From Nitrospirota bacterium (lineage in GTDB: Bacteria; Nitrospirota; Thermodesulfovibrionia; Thermodesulfovibrionales; Dissulfurispiraceae), in NCBI GenBank assembly GCA_040754455.1, contig JBFMCP010000002.1, positions 175,639 through 239,638 of the forward strand: a DNA stretch of 64,000 bases, in the 5' to 3' direction. This document shows, piece after piece, positions 8,046-19,376 of the stretch; the first letter of the stretch is position 1, and every line of letters starts with the position of its first letter. Under the pieces are notes generated by a model. The model was given only the letters and a program-made list of their open reading frames with translations, was not told the origin of the DNA and made no database searches. A program made the position numbers and the translations under genes.

Positions 8046-9905
8046 GTGCTGTCACACAAAGCAGATGAATTTCTGGGCGGGGCCATCGGAAGCGCCCTGG
8101 AGCACTACGAGCCCCGGCATTCGCAGCGGGCGATGATGAGCGCCTGTTCCCGGATTATTGAGGAAGGGGGCACCTTGCTGGCCGAGGCAGGCACTGGCAC
8201 CGGCAAGACCTTTGCGTATCTTGTCCCGATCATACGCTCCGGGCAGAAGGCGATTGTCTCGACCAGGACCATCAATCTCCAGGAGCAGATCGTTGCAAAG
8301 GACCTGAAGTTTCTTGCCGGCCTTACTCCCTTTGAGTATGTCATAGCAAAAGGCAGAGGCAACTATCTCTGCCTGAGAAGACTCAATGCCTTCAGACCCT
8401 CGAACGAGCAGGAGACAGAAGAGTACAAGAGCCTGCTCAGATGGGCATCGGCGACAAAGAGCGGCGACAGGGAGGACTACGGATTTATCCGATTGATGAT
8501 CTGGGATGAAGTCTGCTCGGATGCGGATGCCTGCAGTGCGTTGAAGTGCGGCTTTTTCAAGCAGTGCTTCTATTTCGGCGCGCGGCAGCAATGGGAAAAG
8601 GCCCGGATCATTGTGGCGAACCATGCGCTGGTCGGCATCAACGCCCTGCTGGAGCGTGATGTCCGCATGCTGCCCCAGGCCGAGGTGCTCGTCATCGATG
8701 AGGCCCATACACTCGACGGCGTGCTTTCGGAAATAGCCGGAGTGACCCTGACTGACAGGGGCTTTGACCGCATCTTCAACAAGCTGCTGAAGCTCGATGA
8801 GCGGGGAGTGTACAAGGGACTCCTCGGAAATTCTCCCCACCTCTTCCCAGCAGTTGAATCACTGAGGACCGAAATGGGAATTCTCTGGATTCATGCCAGA
8901 AATGAGCTGAAGCACCGGGAGACGATCAAAGGGGAGTGCGTTCTGAAGGAGCGTATGCAGGCGCTCATAACATCCATCAACGAACTGATTGAAAAGGCCA
9001 GGACGACGGTGACGGGCCTCTTCAAGGAGGATGACGAACTGGAGCTCTCGGCAGCCCTCGGCAAGCTCAAGGCCTATGCCGAGGGAATGGAGGCCTTTTC
9101 CGAAGGTATGGCCGACTACGTCAGATGGGCTGATATTGAAGAGCGGCGGATTTCCCTTCGCATGTCGCCCATCTACTCAAGGGAGCTCATGCGCAACAGC
9201 ATCGTGCCGGAGCACCGGTCGATCATCCTCACCTCGGCCACACTTTCCGTATCCGGAGATTTCAGCTTTATTACGAACGTCCTCGGGCTTGACGGCGCCG
9301 AAACGCTCACTATCCCTTCTCCCTTCGATTTCCGCAAGCAGGTTGTTGTCGATATCAGAAAGGGAATAAATCTTAAGGAGGAGCGCAGCGCAGAGAAACT
9401 GTCGGCGGTCATTCTCGAGGAGGCGGCAAGAAGAGACGGCGGGGTGCTGGTGCTGTTCACTTCGCGAGAGGTTATGAAGAGGACCTGGGAGCTTTCAGCC
9501 GAAGCGCTCGGTATCATGGGCCTCAACCCGATGATGCAGGGAGAGCTGCCAAACCGGTTGATGCTCGAAATTATGAGAGACAGCGATAACAGCGTCATCT
9601 TCGGTCTCGACTCTTTCTGGGAGGGCGTGGATGTCAAAGGCGATGCGCTCAAGTGCCTCATCATCACCAAGCTCCCCTTCGAGGTGCCGACGGAGCCGAT
9701 CGTAAAGGCGAGGAGCGAGGAGATTGAGAAGCGCGGTGAAAACCCCTTTTATGAATACGCGCTTCCCCGCGCAGTGCTCAAATTCAAGCAGGGGTTCGGG
9801 CGGCTGATCCGTTCGAAGCGGGACAGCGGAAGGGTCGTCATCTGCGATGAGCGGATAGAGACCAAAGCCTACGGGCGCAAATTCATGGAGAGCATCTATA
9901 AATAA
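8046..9905 (+). CDS. ATP-dependent DNA helicase, DinG/YoaA family
   Basis: AEAGTGTGKT Walker A, KGRGNYLC, Fe-S cysteines, IDEAH, TSATL, FWEGVDVKG, KLPF, QGFGRLIRS. Confidence 0.93.
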   Translation: MLSHKADEFLGGAIGSALEHYEPRHSQRAMMSACSRIIEEGGTLLAEAGTGTGKTFAYLVPIIRSGQKAIVSTRTINLQEQIVAKDLKFLAGLTPFEYVIAKGRGNYLCLRRLNAFRPSNEQETEEYKSLLRWASATKSGDREDYGFIRLMIWDEVCSDADACSALKCGFFKQCFYFGARQQWEKARIIVANHALVGINALLERDVRMLPQAEVLVIDEAHTLDGVLSEIAGVTLTDRGFDRIFNKLLKLDERGVYKGLLGNSPHLFPAVESLRTEMGILWIHARNELKHRETIKGECVLKERMQALITSINELIEKARTTVTGLFKEDDELELSAALGKLKAYAEGMEAFSEGMADYVRWADIEERRISLRMSPIYSRELMRNSIVPEHRSIILTSATLSVSGDFSFITNVLGLDGAETLTIPSPFDFRKQVVVDIRKGINLKEERSAEKLSAVILEEAARRDGGVLVLFTSREVMKRTWELSAEALGIMGLNPMMQGELPNRLMLEIMRDSDNSVIFGLDSFWEGVDVKGDALKCLIITKLPFEVPTEPIVKARSEEIEKRGENPFYEYALPRAVLKFKQGFGRLIRSKRDSGRVVICDERIETKAYGRKFMESIYK

Positions 9906-9937
9906 GCTCTCAGCAATCAGCTGATGGCTGAGAGCTT
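9904..9937 (+). terminator. Near-perfect palindrome of GCTGAnn 7-mers followed by a T-run; likely dinG terminator
   Basis: aagctctcagcaatcag-ctgatggctgagagctt then ttt. Confidence 0.7.
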
Positions 9938-10064
9938 TTTTGCGATTGCCAAGCCGTCCTTTTTGCGATAGTCTTTAGTTATATATCAGTCTGCTACGTA
10001 CTTTCCCGTGTAACGCTGGTACGACATGTCCTGATATCCCTGCTCTCATCAAGGAGGTGCCCCG

Positions 10065-12001
<1,937 letters not shown>

Positions 12002-12166
12002 CTCTGAGCATTATCAAGACCTGCGCTTTGAAATTTATGCAGTTGTTCTCCTCCTGCCTTTTTATTTCATTTCAAAATGTTTTGAAGTATACTTGATAAG
12101 GGAAACGGGACTGTTTCCCTGGAATGGCTGTTCAGGGAATGCTTACTATTCAAGGAGGAGAGAAGC

Positions 12167-13825
12167 GTGCTCGATACCATTAATCCTACACGGACACCGG
12201 CCTGGAAGAAGCTCAAAGAGCATTATGCAGTCATGAAGCGGAAACATATGAGAGACCTCTTTAAGAGGGATCCTGAGCGCTTTTCCCGCTTTTCGCTCAG
12301 CCTCAATGATATCACCGTCGATTATTCGAAAAATATCATCACCAGGGAGACCCTGCGCCTCCTGGTCGGGCTCGCCAGGGAATGCCGGGTGAAGCAGGCG
12401 ATCGAGAAGATGTTCACCGGCGATATCATCAATGAGACGGAGCACCGGGCGGTGCTCCATGTGGCGCTGAGGAACCGTTCGAACACTCCCATCTACGTCA
12501 ACGGCAGCGACGTGATGCCCGAAGTAAACGATGTACTGGCACAGATGGAACGCTTCTCAAAGAGCATTATCTCCGGCGAATGGAAAGGATATACAGGAAA
12601 GGCGATCACCGATATCGTCAATATCGGCATCGGCGGGTCGGACCTCGGCCCGCTCATGGTGACCGAGGCATTAAAGCCGTACTGGAAGCCGCATATAAAG
12701 GCGCACTTCGTCTCGAATGTGGACGGGACGCATATCGCGGAGACCCTGAAAAAGGTAGCACCTGAAACCACCCTGTTCATGATCGCCTCGAAGACCTTTA
12801 CCACCCAGGAGACCATGGCGAACGCCCATACGGCGCGGCAATGGTTCCTCGACGCGGCAAAGAGCGAGGCATTCATCAAGCGCCACTTCGTTGCGATATC
12901 GACCACTACGAAGGAGGTCGAGCGCTTCGGCATCGATCCGGAAAACATGTTCAGATTCTGGGACTGGGTCGGCGGCAGGTATTCCCTCTGGTCGGCGATC
13001 GGCCTCTCGATCGCCTGCACCATAGGGTTCGAGCATTTCGTCGAGCTTCTGGAGGGCGCGCATGATGCCGACCTCCATTTCAGGGAGTCGCCCTTCGAGA
13101 AAAATATTCCCGTACTCCTTGCGCTCATAGGAATATGGTATGTCGATTTCTTCGGCGCCGCCACCGAGGCGATACTTCCCTATGACCAGTATCTGCATAA
13201 ATTCCCCGCCTATTTTCAGCAGGGCAACATGGAGAGCAACGGGAAGAGCATCGACCGGAGCGGTCGCAAGGTGAGCTACCAGACCGGGCCGATCATCTGG
13301 GGAGAGTCGGGCACCAACGGGCAGCATGCCTTTTACCAACTCATCCATCAGGGGACGAGAATGGTCCCCTGCGATTTCCTGGCACCTGCGATAAGTCACA
13401 ACCCGATAGGCGAGCATCATGCCATGCTGCTGTCCAACTTCTTTGCGCAGACAGAGGCTTTGATGAAAGGAAAAACGAGAGAAGAAGTCGTCGCTGAGCT
13501 GAAAGAGTCCGGAGCAAGCGATCAGGAGATAAAGAAACTCGCCCCTTTTAAAACCTTCGAAGGCAACAGGCCGACGAATTCGATACTCTTTCGAAAGCTG
13601 ACGCCACGCACGCTCGGCAGCCTTATTGCCCTCTACGAGCACAAGATCTTCGTGCAGGGCGTGATCTGGAACATCTTCAGCTTCGATCAGTGGGGAGTGG
13701 AGCTCGGCAAGCAGCTCGCCAACAAGATTCTTCCCGAGCTCTCGGACAGCCGTCCGGTTGCCTCCCATGATGCGTCGACCAACGGCCTGATCAATACGTT
13801 CAAGAAATTAAGGTCATCATCATAA
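12167..13825 (+). CDS. pgi: Glucose-6-phosphate isomerase
   Basis: [47 protein letters not shown]. Confidence 0.97.
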   Translation: MLDTINPTRTPAWKKLKEHYAVMKRKHMRDLFKRDPERFSRFSLSLNDITVDYSKNIITRETLRLLVGLARECRVKQAIEKMFTGDIINETEHRAVLHVALRNRSNTPIYVNGSDVMPEVNDVLAQMERFSKSIISGEWKGYTGKAITDIVNIGIGGSDLGPLMVTEALKPYWKPHIKAHFVSNVDGTHIAETLKKVAPETTLFMIASKTFTTQETMANAHTARQWFLDAAKSEAFIKRHFVAISTTTKEVERFGIDPENMFRFWDWVGGRYSLWSAIGLSIACTIGFEHFVELLEGAHDADLHFRESPFEKNIPVLLALIGIWYVDFFGAATEAILPYDQYLHKFPAYFQQGNMESNGKSIDRSGRKVSYQTGPIIWGESGTNGQHAFYQLIHQGTRMVPCDFLAPAISHNPIGEHHAMLLSNFFAQTEALMKGKTREEVVAELKESGASDQEIKKLAPFKTFEGNRPTNSILFRKLTPRTLGSLIALYEHKIFVQGVIWNIFSFDQWGVELGKQLANKILPELSDSRPVASHDASTNGLINTFKKLRSSS

Positions 13826-13882
13826 ACAGCAACTCTACTAATGACCGCCGCGATAGCAAATTGCAGTCGTCGTTTTGTTGAA

Positions 13883-13913
13883 ATCCGCTGCGGGCTTCAT
13901 GCCCGCAGCGGAT
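13883..13913. terminator. 13-bp GC stem-loop between convergent genes
   Basis: atccgctgcgggc-ttcat-gcccgcagcggat. Confidence 0.75.
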
Positions 13914-13952
13914 AGTTCTGTTGTGTTCCTTTTGTAATCCGGCGTACTTGCC

Positions 13953-15806
13953 TCAGAATGCACTTTTCAGTTTGATCTCATCAACCATTCCGCTGCCGCG
14001 GATGAGGAAGCCGTTGACGCTCAGGATGGTCACTCCCGGCTGGGCGGCCTTCAGGTCAGCCTGGAGATCACGGGTGAAGGTTTGCCATACGCCGTTGCGG
14101 GCGCCGGTGCCGAGCCCGTAGTGTACGTATTCGCCGGTGCCGCGGTTGCTGTAGCTTACCGGTGTGTAGGTGAGATAGCGGTGCCCTGCCGTAGTCTCCA
14201 CATCAATGTAGATCGTAAAGTCCGACGAGTATTTCATGCTCCATTCGATGACAAACTGGCTGGTGTTGTTCCACGGAGCAGCAGCGTCGCTCCTGAGTCG
14301 ATAGCCGTTGGCCGTACCGCTGCCGCTCAACTGAATGACGCGGCTTTGACGTGCCGTATCGTAGACATTGGTGATTTTTGCTCCCGCGGGATCGTTGTCG
14401 TAAATGTCCCATCCCTTGATGGTACCGTCCTGGGCGTCTTCATATACCGTGGCCGCTTTCATCAGCTTAATACCGTCGAGCAAACCGCTGCCGCGGATGA
14501 GGAAGCCGTTGACGCTCAGGATGGTCACTCCCGGCTGGGCGGCCTTCAGGTCAGCCTGGAGATCACGGGTGAAGGTTTGCCATACGCCGTTGCGGGCGCC
14601 GGTGCCGAGCCCGTAGTGTACGTATTCGCCGGTGCCGCGGTTGCTGTAGCTTACCGGTGTGTAGGTGAGATAGCGGTGCCCTGCCGTAGTCTCCACATCA
14701 ATGTAGATCGTAAAGTCTTCCGCATACTTCATGCTCCATTCGATGACAGACTGGCTGGTGTTGTTCCACGGGGTGTAATCATCATTTCTCAGCCGGTAAC
14801 CGTTGGCCCGTCCCGCGCCGCTCAACTGAATGACGCGGCTTTGACGTGCCGTATCGTAGACATTGGTGATTTTTGCTCCCGCGGGATCGTTGTCGTAAAT
14901 GTCCCATCCCTTGATGGTACCGTCCTGGGCGTCTTCATACGCTGTGATGGTCGTGGCCTGGGGGGGGGCCGGAGGAGGGGGCGTCGTAGCAGCGAAGCTT
15001 GCTGCTATAGAGTGATGAGCTGTTACATTACTAAAGGTATAGGTATTGACGGCGCCGACCGAAACGCCATCGACCTTTACGTCGGCGATGAGGTACCCCG
15101 CATCGGGGGTAATGGTGAATGTTCCGCTTGCTCCCTGGGTAACCGATACTGTTCCTGAAGGGGTGATGGTCCCTCCGCTGCCTGCAGAAGCTGTTATCGA
15201 ATAGGTAGTTGCCGGAGTGATATTGAATGTTGCGGTAATTGTCGTTGCTGCATTCATGGTGACGGTGCATGTTCCGGTGCCAGTGCAGTTGCCTGACCAT
15301 CCTGCAAAGGTCGAGCCTGTCGCCGGTGCAGCGGAGAGTGTCACGACCGTACCCTGATTGTAGGGTTCGGTGCAGTCGGTACCGCAGTTTATTCCCGTAC
15401 CTGTTACGGTCCCTGTCCCTGTCCCGCTTTTGTTGACCGTAAGCGAATATTGCTGGGGAGCCGCAGGCGTTGTTTTTGCCACCATATTGGAATATCCGCT
15501 TTCGCCTCCTGCGGTGTTATAGGCAGTGGCGACGAAGTAATAGGTCGTTCCGGGGGCAAGGTTAGTGATCGTATATGTTGTTCTGTTGCCGACATCGACA
15601 TACTGCGGATAGCTGCCCGACACTGTACTATAGTAGATCCTGTAGCCGGCAAGATCGGTGATCGGTGTGCCGTCGCTATTGGTGGTCGGCGGGTTCCAGG
15701 CGAGCTGGATCTCGGCGGCGCTCGCTATGCCGGCAATAATAAACACGCACCAGAAGACTACTATTGAGATTGCCGCACATCTTCTATTGTTCCGGTTTTT
15801 GCTCAT
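13953..15806 (-). CDS. Secreted modular protein: FN3 domain, two InlB-B-repeat/Ig-like domains, Pro linker, two tandem ~165-aa carbohydrate-binding-like domains
   Basis: Signal peptide; LAWNPP..DLAGYRIYY..YYFVATAYN..ESGYSN FN3; YSLTVNKSGTGTGTV..GTVVTLSA; TPPPPAPP linker; duplicated YEDAQDGTIKGWDIYDNDP...GFLIRGSG unit. Confidence 0.8.
   Translation of the reverse strand: MSKNRNNRRCAAISIVVFWCVFIIAGIASAAEIQLAWNPPTTNSDGTPITDLAGYRIYYSTVSGSYPQYVDVGNRTTYTITNLAPGTTYYFVATAYNTAGGESGYSNMVAKTTPAAPQQYSLTVNKSGTGTGTVTGTGINCGTDCTEPYNQGTVVTLSAAPATGSTFAGWSGNCTGTGTCTVTMNAATTITATFNITPATTYSITASAGSGGTITPSGTVSVTQGASGTFTITPDAGYLIADVKVDGVSVGAVNTYTFSNVTAHHSIAASFAATTPPPPAPPQATTITAYEDAQDGTIKGWDIYDNDPAGAKITNVYDTARQSRVIQLSGAGRANGYRLRNDDYTPWNNTSQSVIEWSMKYAEDFTIYIDVETTAGHRYLTYTPVSYSNRGTGEYVHYGLGTGARNGVWQTFTRDLQADLKAAQPGVTILSVNGFLIRGSGLLDGIKLMKAATVYEDAQDGTIKGWDIYDNDPAGAKITNVYDTARQSRVIQLSGSGTANGYRLRSDAAAPWNNTSQFVIEWSMKYSSDFTIYIDVETTAGHRYLTYTPVSYSNRGTGEYVHYGLGTGARNGVWQTFTRDLQADLKAAQPGVTILSVNGFLIRGSGMVDEIKLKSAF
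13990..14939. repeat. Intragenic tandem duplication, 495-bp period
   Basis: 13990-14222 identical to 14485-14717 (233 bp) and 14322-14444 identical to 14817-14939 (123 bp), separated by divergent patches. Confidence 0.92.
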
Positions 15807-15886
15807 TACTCACTCCTCATCGTTTATTTAGCTCTGACGCAAGCGAAACTATGGGTGTATTTTGAAGAACATTCAACGGGAAAATC

Positions 15887-15902
15887 TGTGATTGCAATCA
15901 CG
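15887..15902. promoter_or_regulatory. CRP/FNR-type box
   Basis: TGTGA-TTGCAA-TCACG, one mismatch to TGTGA-N6-TCACA, 80 bp upstream of the FN3 gene. Confidence 0.55.
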
Positions 15903-15957
15903 GCGTCTGATTTCTGAATGCAGAGCCCGTCCGTCCCCCTGCATTTGACAGAGCAAC

Positions 15958-16080
15958 TGTTTACATTGGAAACAAACGGCGTTAAAAGCTTGAAAGGTAA
16001 GTACCCCGCAGTGTTTCCTTTGGATACACTTCAAGGAGAGAAACGCTTTTGCAAGGGTAAAGTGTTTCCTTTGGATACAC
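15958..16080. promoter_or_regulatory. Three TGT-N11-ACA candidate enhancer-binding-protein sites
   Basis: tgtttacattggaaaca (15958-15974) and tgtttcctttggataca (16012-16028, 16063-16079); the latter two lie in an exact 20-bp direct repeat. Confidence 0.75.
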
Positions 16081-16206
16081 CCCCGATGCTTTTATTCCGG
16101 AAAGTCTGACAATCCGTTCATGAGGGAGCGTCGAAAGAGTTTACAAAAATCTTTTTGTTTCAAGCTACTTACCTTGGGATTATTTTTCAATGCCTTGGTT
16201 CCCTTC

Positions 16207-16222
16207 TGGCATAGTGATTGCA
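16207..16222 (+). promoter_or_regulatory. sigma54 promoter of the EPS/PEP-CTERM operon
   Basis: TGGCATAGTGATTGCA = TGGCA-N6-TTGCA (GG-N10-GC). Confidence 0.8.
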
Positions 16223-16359
16223 AACTATCCCTCGTAAAAGCTGCATCGCTGCACCGACAGAGATGTTACTACATCGTGAATATCCAAAAGCAGTCGAGTG
16301 GTATCAGTTACCTGTGCCTGATGTGACTGAAAAGGCGGAGCTATGTGAAAGGGTGAACA

Positions 16360-16857
16360 ATGACGAATTGGTATGCTCTCTATGTAAGATCAAAACATGA
16401 GTTTGTCACAACAGGTGAGCTGTCGAAAAAAGGGATTGACGTCTATCTGCCCTCCGTACAAAGATGGCATCAATGGAGAGACAGGAAAAAGCTCGTCAAC
16501 TCCCCTCTCTTCCCGGGATATCTCTTTGTCAATATCCCTCCCGAGCCTGAGGCGTTCATTACCGTGCTCAAGACAAGGGGTGCGGTAACGTTCATAACGC
16601 TGGACCATATACAACCTACGCCGATCGCTGCCGCCGAAATAGAGACCTTGAAGCTCCTGACCCTGAGCGGCGAAGAGATCGATGTCTACCCGCACCTCAA
16701 AGAGGGCGGGAGGGTGAGAGTAAAACGAGGGCCTCTTGCAGGTGCCGTTGGAATAATAGCGAGAAAGGAAGAGCGCTATATGCTTCTGGTTAACGTAACA
16801 CTGCTGGGAAGGAGTGTCGGGGTCAGGCTCTATCCGGGTGATGTGGAGGTGGACTGA
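16360..16857 (+). CDS. NusG paralog transcription antiterminator (UpxY/RfaH/LoaP family)
   Basis: WYALYVRSKHE, WRDRKKLVNSPLFPGYLFV NGN domain; KOW GGRVRVKRGPLAGAVG; first gene of a polysaccharide operon. Confidence 0.9.
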   Translation: MTNWYALYVRSKHEFVTTGELSKKGIDVYLPSVQRWHQWRDRKKLVNSPLFPGYLFVNIPPEPEAFITVLKTRGAVTFITLDHIQPTPIAAAEIETLKLLTLSGEEIDVYPHLKEGGRVRVKRGPLAGAVGIIARKEERYMLLVNVTLLGRSVGVRLYPGDVEVD

Positions 16858-16952
16858 TCCAGGCAGGTGCTGCACTGCAGGCGGCCGTATCACTGTCGCG
16901 GGCGGTCCTGCCTGGAGCCGCTCATCGAAAAGCGATCGTAAAAGGAGGAGTT

Positions 16953-17777
16953 ATGAGAGAGAAGATGGCCATAATAGCATTTGCGTTCATCCTTGTCTTC
17001 GCCGCGAGCACTGCCTCGCGGGCGGAGGACTACGTCATCGGCGAGGAGGATGCACTCAATATCTCGGTGTGGGGCAGCCCTGAGCTGAGTGTCCATGTGC
17101 CGGTAAAGCCCGATGGTATGATATCGGTTCCTCTTGTTGGAGAAATCAAGGCTGCAGGCATGACCCCGTCGGAGCTCAAGGCCGTGCTGGAGCAGGAGTT
17201 TTCCCGGTTTGCTAAGGCCCCCACCGTAAGCGTGATCGTGACCGAGGTCAACAGTTTTAAAGTGTACCTGCTGGGCGAAGGTATAACAAGAACTGCGTCC
17301 ACCGGCGTAATGACCCTGAAAAGAAAGACCACGCTGCTCCAGCTGCTCGCACAGCTCGGCTCTTTAAAGGGAGCAAATCTCAACGCCGCTTTTATCTTGC
17401 GGGAGGGGAAAAAGCTTCCCATCAATTTTTCGACCCTTGTCAATACGGTTGACGTTGCGCAGGACATCGCGCTGCGGCCGAACGATATCATCGTCATACC
17501 CGAAACGGTCGAACAGCGCATAAAGGTCGTCGGCGAAGTCAAAACTCCCGGACTGGTCCCTTTTGCAGAAGGAATGACAGCGCTCGACGCTGTATTGAGC
17601 GCCGGCGGCTTTACCAACTTTGCAAGCCAGAACAGTGTAGTTATCGTTCGGAAAGAGGGGAAGGAAGTCAGAGAGATCGAGGCCCGGTTAAAGGATGTGA
17701 TGAAAGGCGGCGACTTGAGCAAGAACGTGCTGTTACGGCCCGGCGACCTTATCACCGTAAAGTCCAGCATTTTTTAG
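16953..17777 (+). CDS. Polysaccharide export protein (Wza/Poly_export + SLBB)
   Basis: DYVIGEEDALNISVWGSPELS..VKPDGMISVPLVGEI; two SLBB repeats; signal peptide. Confidence 0.9.
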   Translation: MREKMAIIAFAFILVFAASTASRAEDYVIGEEDALNISVWGSPELSVHVPVKPDGMISVPLVGEIKAAGMTPSELKAVLEQEFSRFAKAPTVSVIVTEVNSFKVYLLGEGITRTASTGVMTLKRKTTLLQLLAQLGSLKGANLNAAFILREGKKLPINFSTLVNTVDVAQDIALRPNDIIVIPETVEQRIKVVGEVKTPGLVPFAEGMTALDAVLSAGGFTNFASQNSVVIVRKEGKEVREIEARLKDVMKGGDLSKNVLLRPGDLITVKSSIF

Positions 17778-17786
17778 GAGCACCTT

Positions 17787-19364
17787 ATGAAAGAAAGCAG
17801 ACCATCGGATATCGACGTGCAGCGTTACTGGGGGATACTTCAAAGGAGACGGTATCTGGCACTTGCCGTCGCCCTCACGGTAATTTCGGTCTTTACGTGG
17901 GGGAGCGTGTTCTGGCCGAAGACCTATGAGGCGAGCTCTACCGTTTTCATTGAACGGGGCTCTCTTGTCAACCCCCTTGCCGGCAGGGAGGGTGCCGGGG
18001 CTGGCACGGAAGAGTGGCTCAGGACGCTCGAGGAGCGCATCACCAGCAGGAGCATCATAGAGCGTGTCATCAAGAAGCTCGGCCTCGATGCGCACGTCAC
18101 CACGAGAGAGCAGTTTGAAGGGCTTGTCGAGGGGATACGGAGTAAAATTACGGTTACCACCAAGGCGCCGCGCGGGAGGAGAGGTGAGGTGACCGACCTC
18201 TTTTCCATCTCCTACAGCGGTTCAGATCCCGCAACAGTCAGAGATATCGTGAACACTCTGGTGAGTGAGCATATAGAGCAGAATTTGAATCTGAGACGGT
18301 CGGATGCCTACGGAGCGCTTGAATTCATTCAGAGCCAGCTCATGGAGTACAAAGCCAAGCTCGAGCAGTCCGATAAGGCCATACGGGAGTTCAGAGAGAA
18401 AAATCCACAGATGATCCCCCAAAGCGAGACAGCGCTGCTCAACAGGGTAGAAGGATACCAGGCTGCCAGGATCGAGGCCGAAATAAAGCTGAAAGAGCTT
18501 TTGCGGAAAAGAGATACCCTCCAGAAGCAGCTTTCCGGAGAGAAGGAGCTCACCACTGCATTTGTGGCCAGGGAGGGATCACCGCAGTCGCGGTTGAGCT
18601 ATTTGAACAACCAGCTCGCTTTATTGATGCCCAAATTCACCGACCAGCACCCTGAGATCCGAAAAGTGAAGAGCGAGATCGAGGAGTTGAAAAAACAGAT
18701 TGATCAATCAAAGGATGCCCCCCAGGGGATCTCCGGGTCCGAGACCGCCTCCATTAATCCTCTCTACCAGCAACTGAAAGAGGAGTTGGCGAAGACGGAT
18801 GCTGAAATAGAATCTCTCAAGGCGCGGTCGTTGGAGCTCCTCAGACAGCAGCAGCAGGCGCAGGGCGTCCTGGGCCGCATGCCCAAGGAACAGGAGGAAT
18901 GGGCGAGACTGCAGCGGGACAGGAATGTCTACCAGCAGATCTATGATGAATTACTGCAAAAATACGAGAGTGCACGGGTCACGAAGAACCTCGAGTTGAC
19001 CGATAAGACGGTCATGTTCAACGTCGTCGATCCCGCCCCCCTCCCACAGTACCCCGTGAAGCCGAACAGGCTGATGCTGATCGTGGTGGGGATCGTGCTC
19101 GGCATCGTTTCGGGTGTCGCGGCGGCGATCGTGCTCGAAAATATAAACCATACGTATAAGGATGAAGAGTCCATCGAGAAGAGCCTCAAGATCCCTGTCC
19201 TGGCTTCGATCCCCCAAATCATCACCGAGTCGGACGTGCGTGCTGAACGGCAGCGTGACAGAAAGGTGTTTGCCTTTGCCGGCGCTTATCTCATTGTTAT
19301 AGGACTGGTATTGCTGGAAGAGCTGCTCTACCGGAGCACGGGAGCACGGGTTATCCATTTTTAG
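17787..19364 (+). CDS. Polysaccharide chain-length determinant / co-polymerase (Wzc N-terminal part, XrtA-system type)
   Basis: Two TM segments flanking a long coiled coil; FTDQHPEI; VVDPAPLPQYPVKPNR; IPVLASIP. Confidence 0.88.
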   Translation: MKESRPSDIDVQRYWGILQRRRYLALAVALTVISVFTWGSVFWPKTYEASSTVFIERGSLVNPLAGREGAGAGTEEWLRTLEERITSRSIIERVIKKLGLDAHVTTREQFEGLVEGIRSKITVTTKAPRGRRGEVTDLFSISYSGSDPATVRDIVNTLVSEHIEQNLNLRRSDAYGALEFIQSQLMEYKAKLEQSDKAIREFREKNPQMIPQSETALLNRVEGYQAARIEAEIKLKELLRKRDTLQKQLSGEKELTTAFVAREGSPQSRLSYLNNQLALLMPKFTDQHPEIRKVKSEIEELKKQIDQSKDAPQGISGSETASINPLYQQLKEELAKTDAEIESLKARSLELLRQQQQAQGVLGRMPKEQEEWARLQRDRNVYQQIYDELLQKYESARVTKNLELTDKTVMFNVVDPAPLPQYPVKPNRLMLIVVGIVLGIVSGVAAAIVLENINHTYKDEESIEKSLKIPVLASIPQIITESDVRAERQRDRKVFAFAGAYLIVIGLVLLEELLYRSTGARVIHF

Positions 19365-19376
19365 GAGGGCAATGAC

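Noticed and set aside
14082..15158. 358-aa plus-strand ORF and the many other long antisense/overlapping ORFs in the track (e.g. 770-1660, 12671-13768, 21785-22654, 57592-58509)
   Set aside because: Shadow frames of well-supported genes; no recognisable motifs
15958..16080. CRISPR-like array (20-bp direct repeats with a 31-bp spacer)
   Set aside because: Only two exact copies plus one degenerate copy, no cas genes; position upstream of a sigma54 promoter fits enhancer sites
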